A program made the position numbers and the translations under genes. This document shows, piece by piece, positions 12,180 through 25,129 of a DNA stretch of 64,000 nt (its first letter is position 1; each line of letters starts with the position of its first letter). Below the pieces are notes generated by a model that saw nothing but the letters and a program-made list of their open reading frames with translations, was not told where the DNA came from and searched no databases. Location of the stretch: positions 321,985 to 385,984 of the forward strand of contig MU057887.1 of assembly GCA_013265495.1 (NCBI GenBank), written 5' to 3'. Origin of the DNA: Vicugna vicugna. Its lineage: Eukaryota.

Positions 12180-12700
12180 CCTGGCTGTTTTGGTATCCCT
12201 CGCTGCATCACGACCACCCGAAACTTACTGGCTTAAAACAAGAACTGTTTCATCGTTTCTCCTGATCTGGGATTGACTGGAGCTCAGCTGAGCAGTCCTG
12301 CTGGCAGCAGGGGCTGAGGCAGCCACGGTGACCTTTTCCCCGCGTGTGAGTGCCATGGCTGGGACAACTGCAGTGCTGGGTGGGCTTGGCTGGGGCTCCC
12401 TCCCGTCCTCTCTGTCTGTCTGTCTCTCTAGCTCTCTCTCCCCATTTATCCTCGGGGCGGCTTCTCCCTCTCAGTGTGGCCTCTTCATGCGGTCTCTCCA
12501 GTGGGGTAACTGGACTTTTTACATGGCGGCTCAGGGCTCCCAAAAGTGCAAAAATCAGTTCTGAGGCTTAGCATTGGTGCAGCATCCCTTGGGCCCCCCT
12601 GTATTGGTTAAAGTGACTCACGGGGCTAAGGTGGGAGGGACCCACACAGGGGCGTGAATTCCAGGAGCAGGTCCATCCGAGCCACTGCTGAGACAAGCCC
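12180..12700 (-). mobile_element. Old MaLR LTR (MLT1H/J-like)
   Basis: aaacttactggcttaaaacaa...ggactttttacatggcggctcagggctcc. Confidence 0.65.
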
Positions 12701-14240
12701 CCACGCCAGCCTCAAGGCCAGTGCCCAGTCCCAACCACACCAGCCCTCTCTTACTGCTACTTCTATCACCACCTCTCTCCAAAGCAAACATACACCTACG
12801 GCTAAGTGCATTTCACCCCCAAAAATAAACAGCCATGAGCCCCACGGTCAGCACGATAAATCCCAAGCCAAGAATCCGGACCCTGAATTACTGCAGTTCT
12901 ACTGCTGGGCACCTTGCTCTAGCATCAACATTCTTGGAGCCCTCGTGTCCCCTCCAGCAGGCGAGTGAAGAGAGGACCACAGTTTGCCCACCTCATCACC
13001 TCACAGTGTCGCTGTAAGAATTTCAATAAAATAGCGCGGATGAGTAATTGCTGGAAAAGCTCCGAGGACTGTACAGGTAGGTATTGTTTTAAAAGAAAGT
13101 GTGAATATTTTAGCTCTGCATCTTCCTTCTTTTAAAGCCCATTTCTTTGGAGGGTCTGGCCTTCCAGGAGGATGGTGATTTATACACTGTCATGTTACTG
13201 TAAATACGAGTGGCTACAAGCTCGCATCAGATGATTTAATGAGGTTCTTCTGTGCTGATGGCTGTTTATTTTTCTTGGCTCTCTTTGCTGCCATCAAATC
13301 ATCCTGCGTAAATATTGAATAAGTATTCCACCTCACTCTTGGGTTGGTCTTCACGACTTAATGGGAACCATGGACAGACTCTGTCTCTAAACGGAGATTT
13401 TTTTTTTAGATCAACCACCACCACCAGTGGTTCTGAGATAATGACTTGACAAACATCCTATTTACAAGGCCATCAGAACTGTACTTTAGGCTACACTCTG
13501 AGGCAAAAAACAAAAACGAAAAACTCTTACTTGCTCAGAACACAGTCATTACAGAGCTTAGCAGGGAAAAAACTTTCGGGTTACAAGAAACAGACTTTTA
13601 ATGAATATTAATGAGAGTCGTCTGAGATGCTTGTGTAAAAATAAACACAGTAGAACAACGAACCCCTCTCACAGTTAAGTTGTCACTCCATGACCACAGA
13701 CTTCCTGTCCTCTGGCTGGTTGATATGACTTAGTTTTGGCATAACAAACCCAAGGGTCTGTTTCTGAAAATATCTGTCTCCTGGCTCCAAGGGCCCTAAA
13801 AACACTGACTAATTTGGAAGACAGGTGTGGAGAGAGAGGCGGCCGGTGGCCTGACACACTGCGGCTTTCTGAGACTCCTCGAGGCGCTCGGCAATTCTGT
13901 GAGAACATTTCCTGGTAGAACAGGGGTGCCCTCAAACGAAATGACAATCCGGTGTAGGTGGGTGTCGGGTGCACACAGGCCCCCGTCGCTTCCTAGCTGG
14001 CCTTCCCTCATCACTTCTGGGATGCTCGTCCAGGCTCTTCACCGTCTGGCTTGTTGCTGGTACTCGGGGCAAAAGAAAAATGTTCCCCCAGGAATCAAGA
14101 GGAACGAGGCTGCTCTCCGAGATTTACTCTAGAATTCTTGGACAACGATAACACTAGTGATCTGCAGAAGTAATCAGGGCGTTTCTATAAACGTGAGACC
14201 CAAGAGTTTGGAAAACCCCCCAAGCTCCAGTGAACTCTGG

Positions 14241-14420
14241 GCAGAGGTGTGCTGGTAACGGTTTAACAGTGGGCTCTCTGGGAAGAGGTCCTGGTCTGTA
14301 GCGTCTGCAGCTTCCGCAGTGGAAATACTCCACCGTGGCCGATCCGAGCTGCTGACTGGACATAACTGGATGCAGGGTTGGGGAGAGATGTGCACAGTCA
14401 GTAATTCCAAGCGCAGCCTG
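14241..14420. mobile_element. hAT DNA transposon MITE (MER63-like)
   Basis: ggtgtgctggtaacggtttaaca...aaatactccaccgtggccgat...gggagagatgtgcaca. Confidence 0.65.
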
Positions 14421-16837
14421 CAGTCTGAGAGACACAGGACTGGAATGCTAGTGGAAGCTATGAAGCAGAAACCAAATTCATCATATTTTATCCCATGTGA
14501 AGGAATTCAGCACAAACTAAAGGCAAGTGATCATAGAACGGAGAAAAGGGAGGACCAAAGAGTCAAAGCAACAGTGCCTGTCTGGGCCCCTCCAGGGCTC
14601 CAGCCGCCCCTCACACGGTGGCCAGCCCTCATGACAGGCCGGCTGCCTGGGACTGGCAACACGCAGCTCTATCCCCGTGGGAATCTGATTCCATGCTCAT
14701 CAAGAACTCTCTGATTAAGACTTTATTTCCTGTGAAGAGCAGGTGTATCTATGCAGGGAGGGGAGGCATGGTCTGCTGACCAAGTTCTTGACTGAACAGT
14801 TTTATTTCTCTTTCATTGTGATAAACTGGAATTGTAAAGTGTGTATTCATTCACAATCTTTCATCTTGTCCTCACGGCTTCGGTCGCAGTGGACTCCAGT
14901 GTGTCCCCAGCACCTTGCGACTGCCAGATGCTCTGGGCTCCCTGCCGGGGATCATCCGTGCCTGGAGGGAGGAGCAGTGGCCACATCCTGGTGGCCTTGT
15001 TGGCTCGCTGGTGCCTTCAGACAGGTGCTTTTGGTCTCTTACTTGGCCCTTACGATTGCCCGCGGCAGGAGGGTTGTCTGTTGTAAGCACTCTTCAGAAC
15101 CAGAAGTGGAACCCCCCGAAGACACCCTTTTCCACATCTGATGACGTTTCCCTATATTTCAAGACCCTGTTCAAGTGGTGCCCCCTCTTCTTCCTCCCTG
15201 GGCAGGGGCTTCCCCGGGAGCTGCCAGCAACATCTCCTTCTGTCCGCTGTCCGGGGAAGTGAAGGGAAGCTGCGTGGTGGGCCGACTTCTCCCGCTTCGG
15301 GGTGTTGCTCTCAGACTCTGAGGGAGCAGGTGGAGGGGATGGGGATGGGGAACCTAGCAACAAGACCCGCCTTCAAAGTCGAGGTCTAAAACAGGGGTGG
15401 CCTCTGCTCCCCTGACATTCAGCTGCTCGAAATTAGACTGCACTCCACATCGACATGCCGCCTGCCGTAGGGCATGGAGCCTCCTGACAGGCACGGGCAT
15501 GTTAATTAAGGCAGCTCGCGCTGCACCGTGAAAAGGCAGCTCCAGGGCACTCTCAGCACCAGACACCCGGAGGGGGCGGGAGAAATGACAACCAGGGACC
15601 GGAGGCACTCGGGGGAGCAGCTGTATTAAAGACCATCGTGGGTTAGTGGACGGCAACGCACAGCCTGACCAGGCTGACTCCTAGCGCCACTAGTCGGACG
15701 TGTTGTGAAAGCGGCCATGCCTGCAGGGAGGCCTAAATGGTCCTAGATTTTCAGATATAACATAAGATCATAATTCTGCTCAGCATTTTTTTTAACTCAA
15801 TGCATAAGATTCATTTTTTTAAAAAATCTCAACACAACTGGCAACTGGGCATCTTTTTCTTGAACTCCTTGGTTGTGAAAAGGAAATGAGCCACTTTAAA
15901 GGAGTGCGAGGATGGAAAGTCAGCATTCACTGCTGTGATTAATTACTCCCGTCCAGCCTGGTGTCATTCTTCACTACGTTACACCTTCTCATCTTTGTAG
16001 GTCTGCGAGGATGATCTGCAAAGCCTTGGAAGCATTTACCTCGTCTCCACTCCCAAGTCTGAGTAACTTGGGGGCCTGCTGTTCATGGGAGCCCTCGAGT
16101 CCCCCGTCGTCGTCAGCATGTTCTGCGCGTGGCACAAGGAAGGAAGCGTGCGAGGAAACACTCCCTTGCTCTCTTGAAACAAGTGTCTCTGCTTTGGGTG
16201 AGAGGCACGAACTAAACACTGGTTGTGCTTTCCAGAAGGGTGACGCCGATAAATGCCCAAAGCTGCCGGCTTGCCTTCCACTCACGGAGCAACCCCTTGT
16301 TGCTTAAAGAAACAGGGGAAGGTAACCATTCCTGGAAATAACAGGAGTGATGGGCAGCTGTTCTCTCGGGATAACGAAGCGTATCAGCCACTCCGTCCTC
16401 CTCCTGTTGCTTCAGCAAAAGCGTCTTCCTGCCTGGCCAGCGAGTCTGACGCCCTTATCAGCCCGCGCTGGCTGCAAGGCAGCAGGCAGGGGCCACTCCT
16501 CAGAGGCCCAGAAACATGGCTGGGGGATGGGTGCTGGGTGCCTGTTACGTATACAAATTATAAGAGAGGCATTGTTTTGACCCTTAAGACAACGCCAGAG
16601 GCTTCCTCAAGTTACCCGGTGCTAGTTAAATCCACATACTGCCATGCAATTCCAAGTGTACCCCACTTTAAGCAAAATTTCTTATGATATGTGAAACTTG
16701 TGTTCAACCAAAGCAGGCCCTTTAATATACAGAGTCAATAAGAGACGCCTTTATTTTTTTAAAGGAAAGGTTTATTCTTTGATCAGAGAATGGAGAAGTG
16801 TGGGATGGCATTCACACATTCTCCTGACAGGCTGTCT

Positions 16838-16929
16838 TTCTTTCTTTTTAAACGGAGGTACTGGGGATTGAACCCAGGACCTCCAGCATGCTAAGCAGAT
16901 GCTCTACCACTGGGCTATTACCCTCCCCC
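16838..16929 (-). mobile_element. tRNA-derived SINE (Vic-1-like)
   Basis: Same core; flanks ggctgtcttt and ggcatgtcttt resemble a TSD. Confidence 0.85.
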
Positions 16930-17289
16930 TGGCATGTCTTTAAATAGCCAGCTCGGCTCCACAAACCATCTAGCGCGCAATCAGGTAGTAAACATCCAAT
17001 TCCTCATATAGATCGGTGGAAACAAATGTGAGCCCAGGCTTAAGAGCACTTATTTACTACACAAAGCATCACTAAGGAAGTGCCCACTCTTGGAGTGTTT
17101 GTCTGCTAAGCTGGCAAAGGGGAGGACAGAACATCATTTCTTTTTGCCCCCTCTGCTTCCTTGATGTGAAATTATGTGAAAGGGAATAGCGGTTTGTTAG
17201 AGTGAGGGGCGTGGCTATAAAAGAAGGCTCAGCTATGAGAAGAGAGAAGTGTGCCCCCTTGCAGCAAGGGGGATGGAGGAGCCCAACAA

Positions 17290-20200
17290 GAGGCTTCTGG
17301 TCCAGCAAAGAAGAAGTAAGTTGTCCTGACACTCTCCCACTAAAAATCCTAAAGTTCTAGGTTAAATGTAAAAAGTGTCCTCCTAAATGCAGGCCTGGGC
17401 CTGTGAGAAAGAGAAGGAAATTCTCAGATGCCAAAAAACAAATCGGGAGCAGGGACGATGGGAGGAGAGCCAGCCCTGAGGCCTGAGGCCAGCAGTCACT
17501 TCAGTTTTAGAAGACAAGTCTCAGGTGCGCACAAGGTGGGCATTTCCACCAGAAACCCTGGAAAGGGTGCACGAGAAAAGCATCTGCCCTGATTAGGGGT
17601 CGGTGAGGAAACGAGCCTGTCTCAGCTCCAATTCTGGGTGGAGAAGGAGGGGCGGCCCTAGGAATTCTTGGCTGCAAGCCAGTCCTCACACAGGTCTGTG
17701 CCTTCAATTGAAGCCTCAAACTAAGAGTCTGACCCACAGCGGTCCCAGGCTGGGGGTGCACCCAGGGGCCCGCCAGGAGACTGAAACCTCCACTCTCAAG
17801 CAGGCCCTCAAAGAATTCTCAATGACAAGGTTTCAAGGATCTCGAAATAAGCCTCCGTGAGTGAGAGTGAGCAGGTACAGCACAAAGCAGGCCAGCAAAG
17901 GCCCCAGGTTTTGAAAATAATCAGATACAGAATAGGAAATAAATATATCTAACGTATTTAAACTAAAGGGAAGACTGAAATTATGAGTAGAAAACAAGAA
18001 ACTATACAGAAAAAGACCAAGCAGATTTGAAAAAGAATCAATTAAAACTTCTAGAAATAAAAAGCATACAACTTTAAATTAAAAATTCTATCAATATGTT
18101 AAACAGCTGGTTAGACATATGTAGAGAAATAATTAGTGAACTGGGTGATAGACCTAAAGAAATTATTCAGACTACAATATAGACAGAAATAAAGATGGAA
18201 AATACAAGAAGATGAAAAACAAGGAAGGGGTTCCAGAAGATGACAGAGGAATAGGGAAGAGATAATAGTTGAGAATCTTCCTAATTTAATTAAAGAAACA
18301 TTCTCAGATCAAGATTCTCAGTGAATTCTAATCTGGATTTTTTTTAATCCAGGTTTTGAAATATCACTGTGAAATAGAATATAAATGACAAAAAATGTCT
18401 TAAAAGCATCAAGTATAAAAACAGAGATCACTTATAAAGGAACAATAGTTAGATTCACAGCTGACTTCTGAACGGCAATGATAAAAGACAGAAGACAGTG
18501 GAATGCTATCTTCTGAGAAAATAAGTAACAGGATTGAATATACTAAGAAACTCTCTCAAGAAAAAGAACAAAATTAAGTCAAACAAAATTGAGAAAGTTT
18601 ACCAGAAATATATCCTGTCAAAAGGAACAAATTAAAGATAACTTCTAGAAGAAGGACAGTAATCCCAGAAGGAAAGTCTGAGATGTAAGGTGTAAAGGTG
18701 AGCAAAGAATACGGAACACATTAGGGAAATCTTAACAAATTACTGTATAAAACAATAACAGAAATGTGTTAGAGTTTTAGAGACCCCAATAAAAAGCATT
18801 TCTTTTCCATACATGAATTGTGAATGGATTATTACATGAGAAAATATAAGAGGGCAGAGAAAAGGACAAAATACTGCCCTTGTCACTGACAAAACTAATG
18901 TTGGGAAATGTAGCTTATATCTGCAGGCAATTACATTTGAACCCTAGAATTAGGCCGATTTACCCAGCCGGTTACATGCAGTTCTAGATCTCCACAGCTG
19001 CACCCTCACCATCTCTTCTGCCAAGTACATGAGAACCTGCCCTTGTGAAACTTACAGAATTGAGGAAACGATCATATTTGTTCTTCCTGAAAGCAACTCA
19101 CTTCCAAGAAAAGACAAGGATACACATGCCAGATTCACCCATTAGTTCGAGTCAGGCAGAGAAAGACTATTAGGGTCATGCTGGTGAATCTCCCTACACA
19201 TAGAGGGAAACAGGTTAATGAATAAATAATACCACCCTACAATAGAGACTAACGTCAGAGAGAGAGAGGGATAAAGCTAAAACCCTCAACAACGCAACAC
19301 AGAAGCTAGAAACGAGGGGTCTGGAGGGGCCTAAAATGTTATAAGGTCCTTGTATTATTCGGAAAGAAGCTAAAGATATTAAATTTAGACTCATTAAGTT
19401 AAGTATGCCTGCTCAGTATTTCAAGGCAAAGTATTAAAAGAATAAAACAAAGTTTACGACTTTACAACAGCAGAAGGAAAGTAATGGAATGAAAAAATTA
19501 ACAAATTAACTCCAAAGGAATTTAAGAAAAGAGAATGTTTTTAATTTAAAAAGGAAGACATATAGAAAATACAAAATAGCATGCCATAATTAACTGTACA
19601 CTGTCAACAACAATAAATATAAGTGGACTAAAGATTTCAGTTAAAAGACAAGGACTGTCAGATTGAATATGAAAAGAAAAAATCAGTAATTTGCTGCTTC
19701 CAACAAACTCACCTAAAACATTAGGTTACAGAAAAGTTGAAAGTAAAGTATTAAAAAATATATACTAGGCAAATACCAAAAGAAAGCTCTGTATGTTAGT
19801 CAGAAAAAATAGATTTTTCATTTTAAAAATTACTATAAAACCCACAATGAGATACCACTTTACACTCACTAGAATAGCTACTATAAAAAAAAAAACAAAA
19901 ACAGAAAATAAAAAGTGTCAGAGAGGGTGTGGATACACTGGAACCCTTGTGCTTTGCTTGTGAGAATATAAAATGGTGCTGCCGTTGTGGAAAATAGTCT
20001 GGTAGTTCCTCAAAAAATTAAACATAGAATTACCATGTGATCCAGTTCTGGGTATATACACACACAAAAATACTGAAAGCAGGGACTTGGAACAGATATT
20101 TGTAAACCCATGCTCATTACTGACCCAGTATGTCATTACTGACATTAGTTAGAAAAAGTGGAAGCAATCAAAGTGTCCATCAGCAAATGAACAGGTAAAC

Positions 20201-20960
20201 AAAATGTGGTCTATACATACCATGGAATATTATTCAGCCTTAAAAAGGAAGGAAATCCCTTTTTACATTCTACAACATGGATGCTACAACATGGAAGGAC
20301 CTTGAAGACATCATGTTAAGTAAAATAATCCAGACACAAAAGGACAAATACTGTATGATCCCACTATATGAGGCCCCTAGGGTAGTCAAATTCCTAGAGA
20401 CAGAGAGTACAGTGGTGGTTGCCAGGGGCTGGGGGAGGGGGGAAAGGGGAATTATTGTTTAAAGGGGACATAGTTTCAGTTTTGTAAGATGAAAAAGTTC
20501 TGGAGATAAATGGTGGTGATGGTTACAGAATAATGTACTTATGTCCCTGAACTGTACACTCAAAAATGATAAATTTTATGTTCTGTATGTTTAAACACCA
20601 TAAAAAAGAGAGAAAATTGCTATAGATAAAGATAATTAATTTGGAAAGCTAAATAACCATGAAGATGAACAATTCTAAATTTGTATGCATCTAATAACAT
20701 AGCTTCTAAACATATAAAGCCAAGACTAAAATAATTACAAGGAGATATTCACAAATCGACCATCACACTTGGGGAAGATTCTAACATACCTTTTTCCATG
20801 ATTGAATAAGCAAAGGAAAAATCCAGTAAAGAGGTTATATAGTTGAAAAACAAAGTTAACAAGCCTGAGCTAAGGGACATATACAGAATATTATACTCTG
20901 GAATATGCTTTCACATACACAAGCAGGAAACAGCTTCTGCTGTTTTAAATATGACATTTA
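17290..20960 (+). mobile_element. Old L1 (5' region, ORF1, start of ORF2), degraded
   Basis: A-rich ORF1-like sequence (agattcacagctgacttctg...aagacagtggaatgctatcttc) and endonuclease-region remnants. Confidence 0.7.
19838..20612 (+). mobile_element. Younger L1 (L1MA/MB) 3' end nested in the older L1
   Basis: Starts at aaacccacaatgagataccact; TSD-like aaaatt(a/g)ctata at ~19826 and ~20613. Confidence 0.8.
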
Positions 20961-21139
20961 AAATAAGGCAATAACAATGCATATTAATATAAATAATTTT
21001 CTTTTTCATAATTATAAAACCCATCAACCCGATATATATATATTACTCTCCACTCTTTCATATTTAAATATTCAATATAGTTAAACATAATGTTCTATTT
21101 GTTCAAAACCATACTAAATTTAAAAAAAACCCTATACTA

Positions 21140-22200
21140 AGGTTTTAATAAAATGTTACAACAGCTCCTTAGAGAAATGGTTGACTCCTGGGTTTGAGCG
21201 GAGAAAATACAAGATAGTCTGGAGCATCTTGTAGTGCCAGAACAAAAAGGTAGTGCTAGAAAAAAAATGGAGCATGTTGAACAAAAGAAAGAATGTGGTG
21301 TTGAATTATAACAAAAGTATAAAATAAATATACATGAGGACTCACTGATATAACTAAATGATTGAATACATAATGGGGAATAAGAGACAAATCTTCCTTT
21401 CAGAGGAATTTCAAATAATATATGTAGATAGTCCCCCCACAAAGAGGTGGAGCTTCATTCCCTGTCCCCACCTCCTTGAGGATGGGCTGAACTTAATGAC
21501 TCTGTCCCAGAGAATAGAGCATTGGGAGAGGAAAACAGTAGCTTTACAATGGAAATGTCTGGCAGACACCACCTTAACCAAGTGATCAAAGTTAACATCA
21601 CAGTATTAAGTCATGTTGAAATCATGTACCCCTGCCGCGATGGGATGAAGAGGGCGTTTCACCTCTGTTTTGTATTCGCCCCTCCAAACTCCAGTCTAAA
21701 CAGGAGGAAAACATCAGAGGGGTCCAAACTGAGGGACATTTTACAAAACACATGACCAGTACTCCTAACTGCCTAAGTCATGACAAAGAAGAAAAGATTG
21801 AGAAACTGTCAAAGACCAGAGGAGAGCAAGGGGACATGGCAAGTCAATGCAGCATGCGGTCCTGCATTGGGTCCGGGAGCAGAGAAAGGGTATCATTGGG
21901 AAAATGGGTGAAATATGAATGAAGTCCAGAATAAACAGTAATGTACCAGTGTTAACCTCTTAGTTGTGACAAATGTGCTGTGGTTATACAAGTCGTAAGG
22001 CTCAGGAGACTGGTGCTTGCTTCGGCAGCACATGTACTAAAATCGGAACAATACAGAGAAGATTAGCATGGCTCCCGCGCAAGGATGACACACAAATCCG
22101 TGAAGCTTAAAAAAAAAAAAGATTGGGGAAACTGGGTGAAGGGCATGAATGAACTCTCTGTATTATCTTTGTAACTTTTTATAAACCTAAAATTACTGCA
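21140..22200 (+). mobile_element. L1MC-type 3'UTR, interrupted by the U6 copy
   Basis: ggcagacaccaccttaaccaagtgatcaaagttaacatcac and ggggaaactgggtgaagggc...gaactctctgtattatctttg. Confidence 0.8.
22013..22120 (+). pseudogene. U6 snRNA retropseudogene, 3'-truncated, with A-tail
   Basis: Matches U6 nt 1-94 with 8 substitutions; ACAGAGA box intact; terminal U-tract absent; A12 tail. Inserted in an old L1 3' end with no recognisable U6 promoter upstream. Confidence 0.95.
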
Positions 22201-22203
22201 GCA

Positions 22204-22362
22204 GGGGTGAGAGTATAGCTCAGTGGTAGAGCGCATGCTTAGCATGCACAAGGTCCTGGATTCAATCGCCAGTACCTCCATTTAAAAAATAAATATTAAT
22301 TAAATAAACCTAATTACCTACCCTCAAAGTAAATAAATAAATAAATTTAAAAATTAAAAAAA
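22204..22362 (+). mobile_element. tRNA-derived SINE (Vic-1-like, long-tail form)
   Basis: Same core; TSD-like aaatta(c/t)tgca on both sides. Confidence 0.85.
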
Positions 22363-22978
22363 TTAAATTATTGCAAAATTTAAAGTTTATTTTCAAAAAT
22401 GTTACAATCTGCTAATATTGTAATATCAAATAGTAAACTAGTTGATGTCTTAAATAGATGTATTGTATTTAAGAAAAATTTCCAAAACCCCACGTGGCTA
22501 ACTCTATGCAGATCAACACAAGGGAAGAAGTAGGTGGGGGAAAATGAAGATGACACTGAGTTTCACAAAATACTTTTATCTAAAGAAAACAACAGTCAAT
22601 TCTGAGTAATTTTCCAGGAAAAGCCTTCTCAGTTAGTGATAAAACTGAATCTTTATACACAAGAAAAGAAAACTCATAAGAGACTTCACAATATGCCCCA
22701 ATCTGCTCTTCCTTATCCTCCCTGGCCAGTTCACTGACCAACAGAAATGGACACAGCTTGCCCTCCCAGAACCACCCATGCCTTTATTTTTGCTATGTCC
22801 TCTGCCTGATGTTATCTTGCCACCATGCTCCACCTAGCAGGCTCTCATGCATCATCTGAGGTCCAGTCTACATGGTCCCTCATTGATTTATTCATGACTT
22901 AGGAGGCTTTTGCAATAATTCAAGTAAAGATGATGGTGGCTTGGGCCAAGATGATAGTAGAGGCGGTGAGGAACGACC

Positions 22979-24044
22979 TGTGTTAGTCAGAGCTCTCCAG
23001 AAAAATAACCAAGAGGAAGTGTAAAATGGTTCTCTGGCCATCTAGTAGCCACAGTTTGTGAGTCCAGGAATCAAGGGGTGGAAATGGCATCACGCACTAT
23101 TGCCCCTAGTGTCCCACTAGCAAAGATTTTTGCTTCCCATACCCATGACCTCTGCTCAGCTGGCCCTGAGGTCTTAGATCCAAAGGGAAGAGTGCTTCCA
23201 CCAGTAGATGCAACAATGATTCCACTGAATGGAAGCGAACCCTGCCACCAAGTCTCTGAATCAGCAGGCAAATAAGGGAGTTACTGTGCTGGCGGGGGTG
23301 GCTGATTCTGGTTATCAAGGGGAAACTGGACTGCTGCTCTGTAATGAAGGTAAGAAAGGGTATGTCTGGAACCTAGGAGGTCACTTAAGGTATCTCTGAG
23401 TATCACCATGCCCTGTGATAAAAGTCAATGGAAAATTACAATAACCCAAGTCAAGCAGGACTACTAATGGCCCAGACCCCCCAGGCATGACAGTTCGGGT
23501 CATCCCACCAGGCAAAGAACCACAACAAGCCAAGTGCTTGCCGAGGGCAAAGGAAATACAGAATGGGTACTGGAAGAAGGTACTTGAAAATTCCAGCTAC
23601 AGCCCCATCACTAGTTACAGAAATGAGGACCGTGATTGTCAGGAGTATTTCTTCCTGTCTCCAGGAAGAGTATTTCTTCTCTCTCCAGAGAGGAATTTAC
23701 TTTAAGGAAGTGGCTCCCACGATTATGGAGCCTGGCAAGTTCAAAATCCGCAGAGTAGGCCTGCAGGCTGGAGACCCAGGGGAAGAGTTGATGTTGCAAC
23801 TCAAGTCCAAAGGCTGCCTGTAGGCAGAATTCCCTCTTCCTTCGGGGAGGTCATTCGTTTCTCTTAAGGTCTGCAACTGATTGGATGAGGCCCACTCCAT
23901 ATCAGGAAGGGTAATCTGCTTTAGTCAGAATCAGCTGATTTAAATGTTGATCTTGTCTAAAAAATATCTCCACAGTAACACCTAGACTGGTGTTTGACCA
24001 AATATCTGGGTACCACTAGCCAAGCTGACCCATTAACTATCACA
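22979..24044 (-). mobile_element. MLT2-type ERV-L LTR, interrupted
   Basis: Left end tgtgttagtcagagctctccaga is the reverse complement of the LTR 3' end; right end ttaactatcaca is the reverse complement of tgtgatagttaa; LTR body at ~23690-24044. Confidence 0.8.
23022..23660 (+). mobile_element. ERV-L internal fragment: dUTPase and pol C-terminus, pseudogenised
   Basis: Peptides LCSAGPEVLDPKGRVLPP, KGVTVLAGVADSGYQGETGLLL (dUTPase motif 3, GVIDxDYxGE-like) and PCPVIKVNGKLQ; stops and frameshifts present. Confidence 0.85.
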
Positions 24045-25129
24045 TGGTCAGATTATGGATGTGTATAATTTAGATAGCCAATAGGATGCATCTGCTGATT
24101 ATGTGTGGGGCCTAAGAGAATGAGAGTTTATCCCAAGCACCTGGAGTTATGAAGAGACCACTAACTGAGACGGGGAGACCGCAGGCGGCAGCAGACAAGG
24201 GAGGCAGAGTCAAAGGTGGAGATCAGGCTTCGGAGGTTCAGGCTTTAAAATCTGACGTCCCAAAAGAGATGCTGTGTAAGCAACTGGATATATGGGGCTG
24301 GAGTTCAAGGGAGAAGTTTGGGCTGGAGATTAAAATCTCATATCACCATCTCTGTAAGCCTTTTGAAGGATTTCACACAGATTCCTAAATTAAAACATAC
24401 CCCTTGTGCCCCAGTTTGGGATGCAGAAAATAACTATAATTAGAAAACCAAGACGGATTAAAACGTAGAGGGACCAGCTTTGCAGAGGAAGCAGAGGGTT
24501 AACAGGCTGGACGATAAAGGCTGAGCTGGAGCGTGCCAGCTGAAGAGATGCCAGAAGGAAAGTTAATGAATTGCCTTCATTGAAAAGATGAGAATGACAC
24601 TAAACCAGGATTGCCCTGGAAAACTGGCGATTCTGGGCGCGTGGCACATTGGCCAGTCATTTTCTGAGATGTGGTTTATGAACCAGAGCCAGCACGTGAT
24701 GCTGTCGTGAAGAGCACAGCCTCCCGAGCGATTTTTCTGGGTTTTCATTTCAGTCCCACAGTTTTTTTTAACCTAGGAGGAGTAATTTAATTTTTCTGCA
24801 CCTCTGTTCCTTCATCTGTTAAAACAGAATCACACTGTGGCTCATTTCCTAGGGCTGATGTGAGAACTCAAAGCTCTGGCCGCCTGGCCCGGGGTCCATG
24901 CTCCATGCACGTGAGCTCTGAGGGTGGTGACCTGTCTCCCCCACTTCTCTCTAACCCCATGTGAGCCTTGGATTCCCTCTCACTTACCTCACCTGCTCAT
25001 AGCCTAGTGTCTGGCACAAGTCAGCAATCAGCAAGTATTTGTGAAGCCGAACTGAACAGAAAAGTGCCACCTCCCAGGGCATCAAGGAAGGGACTGTCAC
25101 CACTCAGACTCTCCTGCGCCTGCGAGCGA

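Larger units (their letters stand above)
22895..24335 (-). mobile_element. L2 fragment split by the MLT2/ERVL insertion
   Basis: L2 text gatgatggtggcttgg...gaggcggtgagg resumes at 24045 as tggtcagattatggat. Confidence 0.65.

Noticed and set aside
17206..17223. GC box directly followed by TATAAAAG as a core promoter
   Set aside because: No clear initiator or downstream exon; only an old L1 follows, so chance is likely.
22013..22106. Functional U6 gene
   Set aside because: Eight substitutions, missing 3' end, A-tail, and L1 sequence rather than a PSE/TATA promoter upstream.
23022..23660. Domesticated retroviral dUTPase gene
   Set aside because: In-frame stops, frameshifts and a deletion across the motif 2 region.
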